Source: Eledone cirrhosa
Lineage: Eukaryota
Reading direction: 5' to 3'
Assembly: GCA_964016885.1 (NCBI GenBank)
Contig: OZ024747.1
Location: 14,818,001-14,882,000, forward strand
DNA length: 64,000 nucleotides
How positions within the stretch are numbered: the stretch's first letter is position 1; every line of letters begins with the position of its first letter. This document shows, piece after piece, positions 51,540-64,000 of the stretch. Under the pieces are notes generated by a model. The model was not told the origin of the DNA. It searched no databases and saw only the letters and a program-made list of their open reading frames with translations. The translations under genes and the position numbers were made by a program.

Positions 51540-52686
51540 ATAACAACAACCACCCATAGTTTGTGGTCCCTACGGTGGATTGTCAGCCGGTTCCTCTACT
51601 GGTTTAGAGTCAACAAAACCACGTTTATTGAACCTGAGGACCCCCCCCCCGGAGTGGCCCACACAGGAAGAACAATTATCCCAAGGCACTAACCCTATAC
51701 GCATCCAGAGGTATAAAAGTGTGGGTGGGTATATATGTCTGTACTAAGGGATTCGCCTCAGCTCCAAAGCCCCCAAGCTATTGCTGCGAAGATATATATC
51801 ACACTCTACCTTTGTCTAGTCTAAACAATAACTTTTACAAACACCCACTTCACTATTCTTTAAAAATAACACCCACCTAGTTTTATGTCTGCCTTATACT
51901 TGGATTTGAGGGCCTCTGTGGTATATATATATGCACTTGTGCGTACATATATATATATATACACACCTGTAGGAATTTGTGTGTGTAGATGTGTGTGTGT
52001 GTGTGTGTCTGAGGGGGTAGGTGTGAGTGTATGTACAAGTCAACCAACATAAGTCTTTTTATTTCTAACATTTGTAAACTTTCTAAGTATTCGACTCTAA
52101 CCATAATTTTCAGTATTACCACCCCACATTAATTCCTCAATTTGTATGTGTGGATGTGTGTGTGTGTGTCTGTGGAAGTGGGTGTGAGTGTATGTGCAAG
52201 TCAACCAGCATAAGTCTTTTTTATGTAAATTTTCTAGTATTCTACTCTAACCATAATTTTCAGTAGTACCACTCCACATAAATTCCTCAATTTAAGAATG
52301 ACCTGTAGTATAGAATAAACCTCAATTTAATATCTGACCAGGAATGCTTTTTTGTGAAAATCAGTCATATGGACTATTGTTATCTTGCCTGACGGTTTGA
52401 ACTTTACAACACCACCTGCCTCTTTGAGGTCAAATACCAACCCTACTAGCATCTACAAACTGGCCAACGAGAATTAAGACTATTCCTGCTACAACATTAA
52501 ATTACTCCTAACAAGCTCATATGTCCTAAGGCTCTGATACCATCAACACTTAAACACAGAGCTGGCATATCTAAGAACTGACTAACTGCCTGATGAGGTC
52601 ATAGCCATTCAATGGCTATCATCGAAATATATATAGCAGTAAATAAAGGATTATGAGTCCATGCAATTGATTTATGTTTCGTCACT
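51540..52686 (+). mobile_element. TA-flanked non-coding insert with an internal ~170-bp tandem duplication and a 3' hammerhead
   Basis: About 51975-52143 is repeated at 52141-52293; hammerhead plus AATAAA near the right end. Confidence 0.6.
52585..52640 (+). ncRNA. Type I hammerhead ribozyme
   Basis: ACTGC CTGATGA GGTcATAGCCATT c AATGGCTATcATC GAAA TATATA TA GCAGT. 5-bp stem I, palindromic stem III, AUA triplet. Confidence 0.85.
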
Positions 52687-52828
52687 ATATATATATATAT
52701 ATATGTAGGAGGTGAGTTTTATTGTAGAACAATAAAACTATTCATATATCGGTTAAGTAGCACTCAACAGCTTATTGAACTGGAGTATATATAAGAAGAA
52801 ATTAAAAGATGGTTAAAAAAGTTCCATA

Positions 52829-52899
52829 TATTTTATTATGCGCATTTCAAAAACAAATATCATCCAGGGAAGATAGTTGCGTTCTCATCAGATAAAATA
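52829..52899 (-). ncRNA. Type I hammerhead ribozyme
   Basis: Minus strand: UAUUUUAU CUGAUGA GAACGCAACUAUC..GAUAUUUGUUUUU GAAA UGCGCA UA AUAAAAUA. Confidence 0.83.
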
Positions 52900-53402
52900 A
52901 GGTAACATGATATGATGCCTAAAAAAAACTCTTGTGAACAAGAAAGTGTCTAGTCAACATATGATACGCTTATAAATCATTTAATTTTATTTTACTTTAT
53001 TTTATTTTATTTTAATAATACATTTTCACACCTCTTAATAATTTTTTTTAGTATATAAACCCTAAATAAATAATATACCTTGTTTCTATATCTGTAATCA
53101 TAAACCTCATCAATTTATTAATTTATTTATTTCGTAGCCGTATATATTTTTTCAGCCGTTATTCACAGCTGTTTTTCTGTTTTGACAGCGTTTCCCGTTT
53201 AAAAGTCTCTATCTCTCTCCTTACTCTTTCTCTCTCCTCCTTCCTTCTTAAACTTTTCCTCCGTTATCTTCTCCTTCTTTTTCCTTTTCACTCTTCCTTC
53301 CTTTTTCCAATCTTCTCTCTCCTTTTATATTTTTATCATATGTTGACTAGACACTTTCTTGTTCACAAGTGTCTTCTTTTTAAGCATCATATCATGTTAC
53401 TT

Positions 53403-53473
53403 TATTTTATCTGATGAGAACGCAACTATCGTCCCAAGATGATATTTGTTTTTGAAATGCGCATAATAAAATA
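53403..53473 (+). ncRNA. Type I hammerhead ribozyme
   Basis: TATTTTAT CTGATGA GAACGCAACTATCGTC ccaa GATGATATTTGTTTTT GAAA TGCGCA TA ATAAAATA. Confidence 0.85.
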
Positions 53474-53717
53474 TATGGAACCTTTTTAACCATCTTTTAA
53501 TTTCTTCTTATATATATATATATATATATATAAATGGAAGTTTAGTAAAATCTAAGCTTCGGTTGTAGCCAAGCCAACGAGATACGTTGAGGGAGTGTGC
53601 AGCCAAGCACTCAATGACGAATCTCAGAGTAATAATATTCCTTAGACAACATGACAAATTAAAAACTGTGGCAGGCAAGCTTAGCCACGACACCGAAGCA
53701 ACGAGAAAACCAACAGG

Positions 53718-53776
<59 letters not shown>

Positions 53777-55912
53777 CATACATATATATATATGAGAGAT
53801 ATATACAGATCAATATATCTCCAGAAAATCTCTTCGTCTTTTTATTTTCCATTGCATTCTTAAATACTTGGTGGCTATTCTAAATCCCCCATTTTAAAAC
53901 CCATATATATGTACAACCCATATATATGTGTATTTATAACACATATAATGTATTTGCATGCATATATAGGTATATATGAATGTATGAATATTTCTACAGA
54001 AAATTCCCGTTCAACTCTGTTACATTTTTCTATTCATATCGGACCTGTTACTTTAAATTCTGATCCTCAGTCAGTTTTTATGTTAGGATGTCCTTTGCAG
54101 CAGTAATCCTTAAAACCAACTTGTGAAACCAAGTGACATGTCCATTAGCTTATTTATTAATGCTACAGCAATTTATGAATGTTTATATCTCACATCAATG
54201 TAAACATTAGAAATAGTTTTTATTTATTTTTTTATTTAACGAGGGTTTCATCCACGTGTTGCTTTGTGATAAATTCCCGCAGCAAGTTTAGAAAAGTTCA
54301 AAGGATCCTCATTTCAATGTATGACTATTTGAAGTTATTATGCTGTTGTTTAGCCATTAGTCAACCATCAGTACGCAGGCCTAATCCAACATTTAACATA
54401 CATAATTATCAATGTCTTTTGTGTGTGAGATTCGGCTACCATTTTATTTAAGCTTAGGGACCACGTAACTCGTTGTAGATGAATCTCTGGTTACCTGTCA
54501 CCCAGTAGATCTATGACGAAAGGCCATAAAATCTCTTGTTTTTAGAGATATGTAGGAGTATATTATATGAATGCTTTTCTTATTTAATGTTGTGTAGTTT
54601 GAGAATGATCCGGCTGCTATTTTAAGAATATCAACCTACAAGGAGAGTCTCCTTTTGTAGCTCTGTTTTTATATCGTTGTAATAACGAGCAATCCTTCAA
54701 CATTATATCGTTATTGATGCACAAACGAATATCCTTGAATTTACAGTAAGGAAGAAACTGTGTTTATCTTTGCTTTTAACAAGACCACAATAGGATTTTA
54801 AATTAACAATATTCTACCCTGATTCAATCAAGTTGGGAATCACAGTGCCTATGATTCTCACCAGGGCTACCGATATCAATGGAAAGGTGAGAGGAAGGTA
54901 TATTCCTACTGGAAATCTGCTTTCGATGTTCGCGAAAGAGTGGAATCTGCAAACAGCATCCAACGACTAGGTGATGACTTTTTTCATCTGACGATAGAGC
55001 AGTAATCTCTACCACCAGGAGGCATATGCTTAGAGTTAGAACTCAGTCAACAATAAAATATTCATAGGAGAAACATAGTACTGGCAAGTCGACGCGTTGG
55101 TCTTTACCTTGTCAGACGATCTACTTGCGGTCATATATCGATCAGATCATATTTTGTCGTTGGATATACAAAAAAAATGTGAAATTCATGAGTGGAATAT
55201 CTTTGATTAATGCTCTGCTCAATCAGAGATGACCTAGGTTTAACTAACAAAAACAGCAGCAACAATAACATGGTGGTGGTGATGATGGTGGTGGAGGTGG
55301 TGGTGATGGTGGTGGTGGTGATGGTAACAGAATATGAGCAACTACTTTTCTTAGTTTATATTTCATATATCCTTTTCATTCAGTCAATTTCTGCTGAGGG
55401 GCACTTGTGAGGAGATCCAGGAATTCTTCGAATATCAAGAATTGGCATATATCAGCATCACATTTAACGTTATTTTAATGGCAGCGAAACAAAAAACAAC
55501 AATATCAACATGACTTGCATGTGATGAATACATACTGATAGATAGAAATATTGATTTATACATTGATTAATTGATTGATTGGTATTTGATATGAACTTTA
55601 CACAGGGACTCTATATGCTACTGTTTAGAAAATTCTTTATTTCTCAAATATATTCAATAACTTTCAATTCTGTTACCATTAAAAAATGTATATATATTTT
55701 TCTTTCTCATAAAATATTACACTTCTCACACTTTCTGGATAATATATTTTTTCCAATCTTTTATTTATCCTTCTAAAAAAATAGCTCTTCCATTCATATA
55801 AACTTTATGGTAATCCTTTTTTTTATTTCGTTACATTTCATTTCAAGTTTTGCATTCTCCATTATTTTCCTATCGCACCTGATCCTTAATTTCAATATTA
55901 TGTTTTATATAA

Positions 55913-55957
<45 letters not shown>

Positions 55958-56020
55958 TATATATATATATATTTATATATATATAAATATAAATATATAT
56001 GCATATATTTATATATATAT

Positions 56021-56077
<57 letters not shown>

Positions 56078-56413
56078 GTATGCATTTACGTTTGTATGCT
56101 TATATATATATAGATATATATATATATAGATATCGTATCATATGTGTTCATAAATGTCTCTTTCTCTCCAAACGTCGATCCCCTACAAGAAATTACAGTT
56201 TTATTTTATTTTATTTTATTTTATTTTTTTGTTTGATTTACAATATTTCCGATTTTACGTTTTGCTTCCACATAAACACACACACCCACACACCACACAC
56301 ACATATATATATATGTATTTATGTATACATATGTATGTATGCACATATATATATGTATGTATACATATATGCAGGCATATATGAATGTATTTATATCTGT
56401 ATATATATATATA

Positions 56414-56464
<51 letters not shown>

Positions 56465-56888
56465 AGTGCGCGCGTGTGTGTGTATATGTATGTATATGTA
56501 TATTCATGTGTAGTAAAAAGAAATTAAAAATATACTCGTGGAAACAACTAATAAAATCACATACACATGCACCTTCCATACAAAAAATAAGACCAAATAA
56601 ACATCTAATATAAACTTAACAGCAAGGCCCACCAATAGCATCGCATCAACAACAACAACATTATCCGCAGTATGAAGACGAAGAAAAAGAGCATTTCGAA
56701 TAAAAACACAGGACAAAATTATATATTTATGAAAAAAATCTATATGAACCTAACTTAGTTAAATGTACCAGTCAATATTACAATAGAATTTATGAATGAT
56801 TTCTTCCTCATACTGGTTTTCCCTGCTTTTTTTTTTCTTCTGACTTTTCTTTCATTTAATCTGTTGTTTTTTCTTCTTCTTCTTCTTT

Positions 56889-56923
<35 letters not shown>

Positions 56924-57159
56924 TTTATTGTTTATGCTTTACCTTTTTTTATTATCACATTATGTAAATCATTATTTTCCTCTCATTGTATCGAAAAATA
57001 CAAGCTTGCGTAGGGTTTTACTCATTATTTCCGATATTCAAACATCTCTATACCGGATTGTTATTGCTGAAATATTGAACATATTGAGTAGAAAAAGTGT
57101 AAGAGTGAAGAGAGATAGATGGACTAATAGAATGAATAACAGAAAAAAATTGATGAGAA

Positions 57160-57227
<68 letters not shown>

Positions 57228-57244
57228 GCGTGTGCGTGTGTGTG

Positions 57245-57314
<70 letters not shown>

Positions 57315-60300
57315 TAGATATATATAGTGATGCTTCACATATCTCTACGTTTCTATGTTAATATTAAAAATATAATATAATATAATAAATGAAATATATA
57401 TTTTATCATTTCAAATATTTTCCACCAGAAACAGAACCCTATTTGTAATCCATTCCTGTTACTGTATTGAGCCTGTCCTTTATGTTGCTGCGGTTAATGA
57501 TGATGATTAGGAGAAGGGGGATAGTGGTAAGATGATCAGAATAATAATATTTTATGTTATATTCCACTTTCCTACTTTATGCTACATTTTTCAATATTTA
57601 CATGTGTTCACATCGTTTTATATTTTTTAATGTGATTAATATCCCATAATTTAAAAGAAGAAGAAATGAGAAATTATGCGCCCCATTGTTTTGCTGATTT
57701 TTGTTAGCAACATAAAATAACTAAAAGTATTTAAACTGCGTTCCAAACTTGTTCTTTCGTTTCGAACCCTGCATCTGCCGCTCTAATCATGGACAACACA
57801 GAAGAAATGCTGCTACAAGTTTGTGAATTGAAAACCACGGTGGAAGGCAACGGATAACATCTTCCGTTTTATTCTCCCTTGGGAATTTCATCAGGAAAGT
57901 AAAAATTGGTTGTTTGTTAACCAGATTATGCCTTTTTACTATATTTTAAGCAATTCCAAAATCCATATATAATTTAGAACAATTTCAGATGATTTAATCT
58001 AACTTCCAAACTAACCCCAAACTGACAGCTTCCTTTTCATGCCGTACACTGCCGAGACCTGAGGTGAATTCGTTCCCTGAACTGCAATTTTTCTCCACAA
58101 AATCTGGAAGGTCATGCTTCCGTCTGAAGATGGAGCTTTGAGAGTTACGATTAAAGTAGAATTAAAGTTTTAGCTCCAACATTGCAGTATACATGTAACT
58201 GATCAAACATACAGTTTAAAAGAGAAACAATTTATCAAAGTTTCAAACATCCGTAAATTCAGCTCAATTTAAAATACATCCATTAGGTTCTATTGCTCCA
58301 CAAGCTACTATACTTAGCCGCTGTGGGAAAGAATCCACACACATCTGCCTAAGTTCCCTCTACCCTCTACGGTATATTCTAGGTTATTTTCTCCTGATGG
58401 TAGCTGTAATTATCTAGTATTGAATGTTTTCCTACAATGAATTCCACTTACACGGACAGTTACGAAGGAGTCTTCTAGTTAATGTGTCACAAAGCTTTTT
58501 TGCCTCTTAACTCTATGGTCAGCAGCCAGTTATATACATTAAGGAAACTCCTTGAACCTCCATGCGATCAATTATCGCAGTGTATTAACATTATCTGTAT
58601 ACGATGTAACATATATGATGTAATAACTCCATCGTAATTTTATACTCGCAAACAGACGGGAATGTGGATAGAGAGACGGAAATGATTATCCTTAACACCC
58701 AAACTTGACAAAAATAACTGATCTCATTATATCTTAACCTAATATTACCCACCATTCTTGTATCTGCGTATTCAAGGTTATACAAATGCCTTGACCTCTA
58801 TCCTAACAATATAGCTACTACATGATAATCACGCACTGAATATAATTCATATAAAACTAGTCTTATAAAGTTACACAACTGACTACAATCATACTTTTGA
58901 ATATCCGGTACATTCCACATACAAAAATCAGCCATAACTGACAGCTGTACGTGAAAAGGACATTGTTTACGAAATACACAGAAAATATTGCGTGGACTCT
59001 AACTAAGAGAGGCATACAATCAAGAAAGTAAAGACTTCTCGAAACTATAACTCCCACCGTGGATTCATATCTAAATGAATAGAAAAAAAAACAACGCCCT
59101 TAACTTCCTGAAAAGAGAGACCTTTGACTAAACTCTGGGCCTTTATTTCTATACTACTGCGGAATAAATGACGATATCTAAATATGTTTATCGCTTGATT
59201 CGTGACTACTGCACGTGTGACGCAAATTCAGACAATATATGAAAAACGATATAAAAAACAATGCAGAATTATCTTTTAAAATAGGCAAATTAGGCTGTTC
59301 GGTATGACAGAGTTAGCAGCTAAATATACATCTTTTCACAAATTAGCGTCTAATAGAAGAAAATAATGTTTCTATAATGTGGTTCTGCTTAGTCTATGTT
59401 TGGGAAAAAGATTTGATATTCATACCTGAAACACCGTTACCCTTATGTTTCCTCAGTTAGTACATTCCTGGGTCAAATAAATATTCTTTGAAAATTATTT
59501 CGTTATATGAAGGAAAATTAGTTCGTTATATGATGGAATACTTTCGTATTCTCTATTTAATTAATCGAACTGCGATGAATACCACCATTTGATGTAATAT
59601 AAACATTTAGAAATTCTGCAATAATAATAAGAAATACTGTGTGAAACTTTGGGTATTTTACGTACATTTAAAGGGCATTCGAAAGTGCAGTATAACGGAA
59701 CATCTACTACTGGGACCTGGAACTAAATCTTGAAACTGGTCCACCAATAGTATAACTCTGGTGGAAGGGCAGTTATCTAAAACCAGATTAAATTCCGTAC
59801 ACGATTCAGGAGTCATAATTTGTCATTCGAATTTCAAATGTTACTATGGCTGGGAAAGTTATTCGTTTTCTTTGGGTGTCCGTAAAATAAAATAAGTCAT
59901 ATACAGAAGTCAATAGATCTGTTTGTAGGTCTTCCTTAAATCTCTAATACACTTGGTGAGTGTAAAGATGTATGTGCGTCCTTATTGCTTTGTGAATCCA
60001 GGTTTCAAATATTATTTGCTATCCCATTTCATGTCGATACAGCATTAGAAAAATGAAACGGTATTTGAAAAAAAAAATAAATGGGTGGTTGAACAGTCTA
60101 AAGTCATTAATTCATCTTTTATAATTTTTCACTAGCTGTTATGTTTATATGCTGAATCGAGTTTCGTTTCAATCAAATTCATTGCATTTCCGCTGCTTCT
60201 AAGCCCCGGAGTTTCACGAATTTGTTAACATTACATATCTCCTACCCACATATCTCCTAACTTACTGTAAATATGTAGTAGTGTCTAGTATGCATAAAGA

Positions 60301-60984
60301 CTAAAAACAAAATGTTACATGATATAAAAAATATGGTTGAGCATGACATATATCCCTGGTGAGATTTGCTTGTCCATTGAATTCGAGTCATAGGTCTAGC
60401 TATTTCCACTTCGTTTACACCTATCAGTTATACTTTCATTTCCTAACCAGTATATTTTTCCCTTTATCCGAAAATAGTATGTTTATTCATGTCATGTAAT
60501 ACATGGATAAATATAAAAATATCAGCTAAAAATTATACTGTGGCTAAGAATAAAAAGGCAGGTGAGAGGTAAAAACAAATGAAATAAGATAAAAGAATAA
60601 AAAGTACAAATCACATAATCGCCTTCAATTGCCACCCGCTATCATTACAATTTCTTTCTTCATCTTACAACGCCTTATATTGGTAGATTAATTGAATTCA
60701 CATGTTTTTTTTTTTTAGATAACAACGTTCTTTTCGGATATGTTGCCATTATATCATACTTTTTTCTTAGCTACGCTTTTTGTTTTCATTTTACTATGAC
60801 TGAGTTCTTTTCTGATTTCCTCACTGGTTTCATTATATTTTTTGCATCAAGAAAAAAGCGGTGATCACGAATGTGTTTCGACAAGAGTTAACATTTATAT
60901 ATTACTCCTATATATTTGAATGACAGTATACCTTAAAGTAACATTTCATCTCTGTCTTCATACTTCTCTTAAAGAAACGGATGC

Positions 60985-61396
60985 TTAATAAGCAGCAATG
61001 TGAGTTATGTACTTTAAAATTTTACGTTCAAGTCCCACCTAGTTCAACTTTGTCTTTTATCCTCCAGTAGTTTATAGAATAATGTATAAGTCAACTACTG
61101 GTGTCGATATAATCGACTTCACCCTACCCAAATGCTTCGCCTTGCGCTTAAATTAGAAATCATTAATAACAATACAGGGCGGTGGATCGGCAGTATCGGT
61201 ATAGAGTCGGACGCCATGCTTTGCAGCATAGAGTTACGGCCCTTTATGATCTGAGTTCAAATCTCGTCGAGGTTAACTTTGCCTTTCATCCTTATGGGGT
61301 CGATAAAATAAAGTACCAATAATGCACTGGGATCGATTTAATCGACTTTCCTCTCCCCCAAAATTGATGGCCTTGTGTCTATATAAGAAATCATTA
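60985..61396 (+). mobile_element. Degenerate plus intact (61177-61396, long variant) family S SINEs in tandem
   Basis: Consensus head/body; the long variant carries an extra GATCGATTTAATCGACTTTCC segment. Confidence 0.8.
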
Positions 61397-61724
61397 ATAA
61401 CAATAAATAAATATTCGTTTACAAATTAGCAACGTTTGTATGCTGCACTAAAAGCTGTGTATGTCAGCATTCGAATCTTGCTGATGTAAGATTTGAACTT
61501 CAACTTTCCAGGTTCAATAAAATACGTAATATTCGAGTAAGTACATGAGCTCATCAGACACTTACACGTTAATTTCACGAGCAGATTGTTCCGTTTATTG
61601 TATCAACTGGAACACTCGTCGTCGTAACCAACGGTGTGCCTGAAACATGTAAAATAAAAAAAGAAGCAAACTGTAGCTGATATAATCTGCTATTTTATAA
61701 TTCAATCGTTTCCCTACTCACCAC

Positions 61725-61950
61725 CATAGGCGCTGAGCTGGCCAGCCGCATGTGTGAGCCTCGCGAGTTGGAATGGTTTTTCCAGCGCTTCTGCCTTGCC
61801 GTCTTCCGGGGAAACGTCTCCTCTATTCTGTCCGCCGGGGCTGTGGGGAGGCCACTAATATGATTGACCGACTTGTCATTTTATCAGTCAACTGTTACTG
61901 TCGTTGATAATTCTTGTGTTTTGTTTTTACATTCAGTAGAGTAAAATTAA
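61725..61950 (+). pseudogene. 3' fragment of a CRE-clade (restriction-like endonuclease) non-LTR retrotransposon
   Basis: IGAELASRMCEPRELEWFFQRFCLAVFRGNVSSIL* matches the CRE C-terminal motif G.PRE..W/FL.QRLS.A..RGNA.SI; followed by a T-rich UTR. Confidence 0.7.
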
Positions 61951-62219
61951 TGTCTTATGGTTTCCTCATTACTGTAACACTCAAAAGTATCGTTATTTAC
62001 ATACATCACTTTCCAAGTTTGAATTTTGCCGTAACCACATTTCCCCTCCGCGATTCCATTGTCGTTTACATTAAAAACCCAGACAAATACTAGGAGGAAG
62101 GTGGTTAGAAGATTTGAAAACTGCTGCATTTGATAGAAATAATTATTTGTATCACTTACTCATAAAAATGAAAACGAGTATATTCTTGTAAAAGGGAAAT
62201 ATTAACGTTCATTAATTTC

Positions 62220-62399
62220 TTGGCAGTATCGGTGGAGGGTCGGACGCCTTGCTTTGACGCATAGAGTTAGCCCCCTTTACGATCTGAGTTCAAATCCCGC
62301 CGAGGTTGACTTTACCTTTCATCCTTACGGGGTCGATAAAATAAAGTACCAGTAATGCACTAGGTATTTGCTGGCCTTGTGCCTAAAGTAGAAACAATT
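62220..62399 (+). mobile_element. Family S SINE
   Basis: Consensus A/B boxes and body. Confidence 0.88.
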
Positions 62400-63384
62400 G
62401 ATTTCATACAGACTTGGGCGATGTAAAGGCAATAGATTAAGCTCTGTTGTAGATAGAAGTGTGCCTGGTATCGGTTTGTCAAATTAACCACCTACGATAT
62501 ACTGTTCGAAATGTAAAGCATATTCCGAAAATACTCCTTTATATCTATGGACGTATATTTGACAAGAATAAAAAAAATTAAAGTGATGACTCCGTAATAA
62601 TTACAACTATTGGTGTTATAAAATAAAATGTAAATTGAAATTTGATCAAATCAAGCTAGAAAATAATAAGCAGTCTAGACTGTGAGAGACAAAACTTCAT
62701 TTAGACTCCAGTCATGTCTTGGGAATTATATTATGAAAAGAAAACAGGAAGACAATATCAATAAGCAAAGAAAATAATACCCACGCCAACCTATCAAATA
62801 GAAGGCTAGACAAATGAGAGTGAAACGAAAAGAAATGAAACAATAAAGAATAATAATTCAATGAATTAAATTGAATTTCTTCAACTATTTTTTCTGTCAT
62901 TCCTGGCTACGATTTTCCCATATGCCAGCGACATATATCCTGTTTCTTATATTCTCTTAGGTCGCATCGAATGTGCGGTTGTTACGAATCGAACCAACAC
63001 GCATCTATTCCATGAGGTGGATAAGTTAAATAGAAATTACTCTGGTCAGATTTGAGAAATGAAAGTAATCGAGAGAAAGAAATATTTGAGAGCAAACAAG
63101 TGTTTTTATTTTACAATATTTGAATATTTATTTTACATTAGGATTGTATTTTGTGCTGCTTATATATTTGAGAAAGTGTTGAGCTACTGTCAACACGGGT
63201 TTGCGATTTCGTTTTCCTCCTCAGCAGAGAAAGTGTATTTTTCTACCAAAATATACTCATGGATAAGCCATGCATATTACATCGTTCAAGTGAACGTTTT
63301 TAACTAACCTTCAGGATTTAATTTCCTTCCTCTAATTTTTGAATTGATAACCAGCCCAAACTGTTCATATTTATAACATGAATA

Positions 63385-63580
63385 CGAATGTCAGGATATC
63401 CAGATCTCTGGTCATATTCAAGACCCCACCTTCCACTACTAAATTCAGCTGCCCGCTTTTGTACTGTTGATAACGTTGGAGAGTGTCGCCTGCTGATGTA
63501 GCAACCATAACAGCATGAACGAACTTGGGGCCTGAACCCTTTTCATGCAGGTACTTCACAACTCCATGGTGCCAAATTGT
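63385..63580 (-). pseudogene. Mariner transposase N-terminal HTH relic
   Basis: VVKYLHEKGSGPKFVHAVMVAT, then a frameshift to STVQKRAAEFSSGRWGLEYDQRSGYP, matching the mariner motif STV.KWAAEF.RGR.SLEDD.RSGRP. Confidence 0.75.
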
Positions 63581-63747
63581 GTGTATTTGTGTCTGGCTAG
63601 AATTAATACACACACACACATACACACATATATATTCTCTATTCTAAGGCGGGTAAAATTCCCGAGATCCATGGACGATTTCTCTCCAGCGGTCTCTGTC
63701 CCTCATTATCGCTGCCATGTCCTGCGTCTCCCACAGACCCATATATA

Positions 63748-64000
63748 TTTATTAAAATAACATTAAAGTTTAAGCAAAGAATCGCTGCTTTCACCCTTAA
63801 CGGGATCTTCTGAAACTAACAAAGTCAATCTGTAAACGCAGAAGTGGATATTTCAAAAAAACGTTGCAACCGGAGGAAGACAGGAAGACGATACTTTGGT
63901 TCGTGGAAACGTTCCCTGGCAAAGAACGGGAAAAAACGAATATAATACATCATTAATTGGAGCGGTGAAAAACAATTACACGCAAAGACAAAACCACGTT
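63748..64000 (-). mobile_element. Family X copy (runs off window end)
   Basis: Reverse complement of about 20885-21137. Confidence 0.85.

Larger units (their letters stand above)
52704..53508 (-). mobile_element. Second family Z element with inverted hammerhead-bearing arms
   Basis: Same left extension GTAGGAGGTGAGTTTTATTGTAG as 28626; arms at about 52790-52966 and 53334-53508; (TA)n on both sides. Confidence 0.85.

Noticed and set aside
54824-55015. Possible Tc1 transposase relic (SSDEK)
   Set aside because: A single short motif is insufficient.
58590-58800. Possible LINE relic (NLEYAD)
   Set aside because: Too degenerate to support a call by eye.
61530-61560. Minus-strand CTGATGAG as a hammerhead core
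   Set aside because: No properly placed GAAA or stems I/III.
63371-63625. ORF as a host exon
   Set aside because: A frameshift restores a mariner transposase HTH motif, so it is a transposon relic.

Overview
Eukaryotic, AT-rich, microsatellite-saturated DNA with (TA)n, (CA)n, (GA)n, (GATA)n and (CCA)n tracts. The repeat content resembles a cephalopod (Octopus-like) intron or intergenic region; this is inference. No host protein-coding exon is convincingly visible, and nearly all short ORFs in the track are microsatellite artefacts. Non-LTR retrotransposons: an apparently intact Tx1/L1-clade LINE (ORF1 tail plus APE-RT-CCHC ORF2, 2-4540), related truncated copies embedded in (GATA)n, and relics of CR1, Jockey/CR1-like, CRE and Penelope (GIY-YIG). 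Other mobile elements: mariner and hAT relics, a non-autonomous Helitron, two MITEs and about 15 tRNA-derived SINEs, some in tandem arrays. The most striking signal is a dense set of small non-coding elements sitting in (TA)n tracts. They carry type I hammerhead ribozymes (CUGAUGA..GAAA cores with palindromic stem III; at least 7 look intact by eye, several more are minimal or variant), arranged as inverted pairs, direct repeats or fold-backs. In one case the inverted arm begins exactly at the predicted cleavage site, pointing to a Penelope/retrozyme-like mobile ribozyme system. All folds were done by eye and the boundaries of degenerate elements are approximate.
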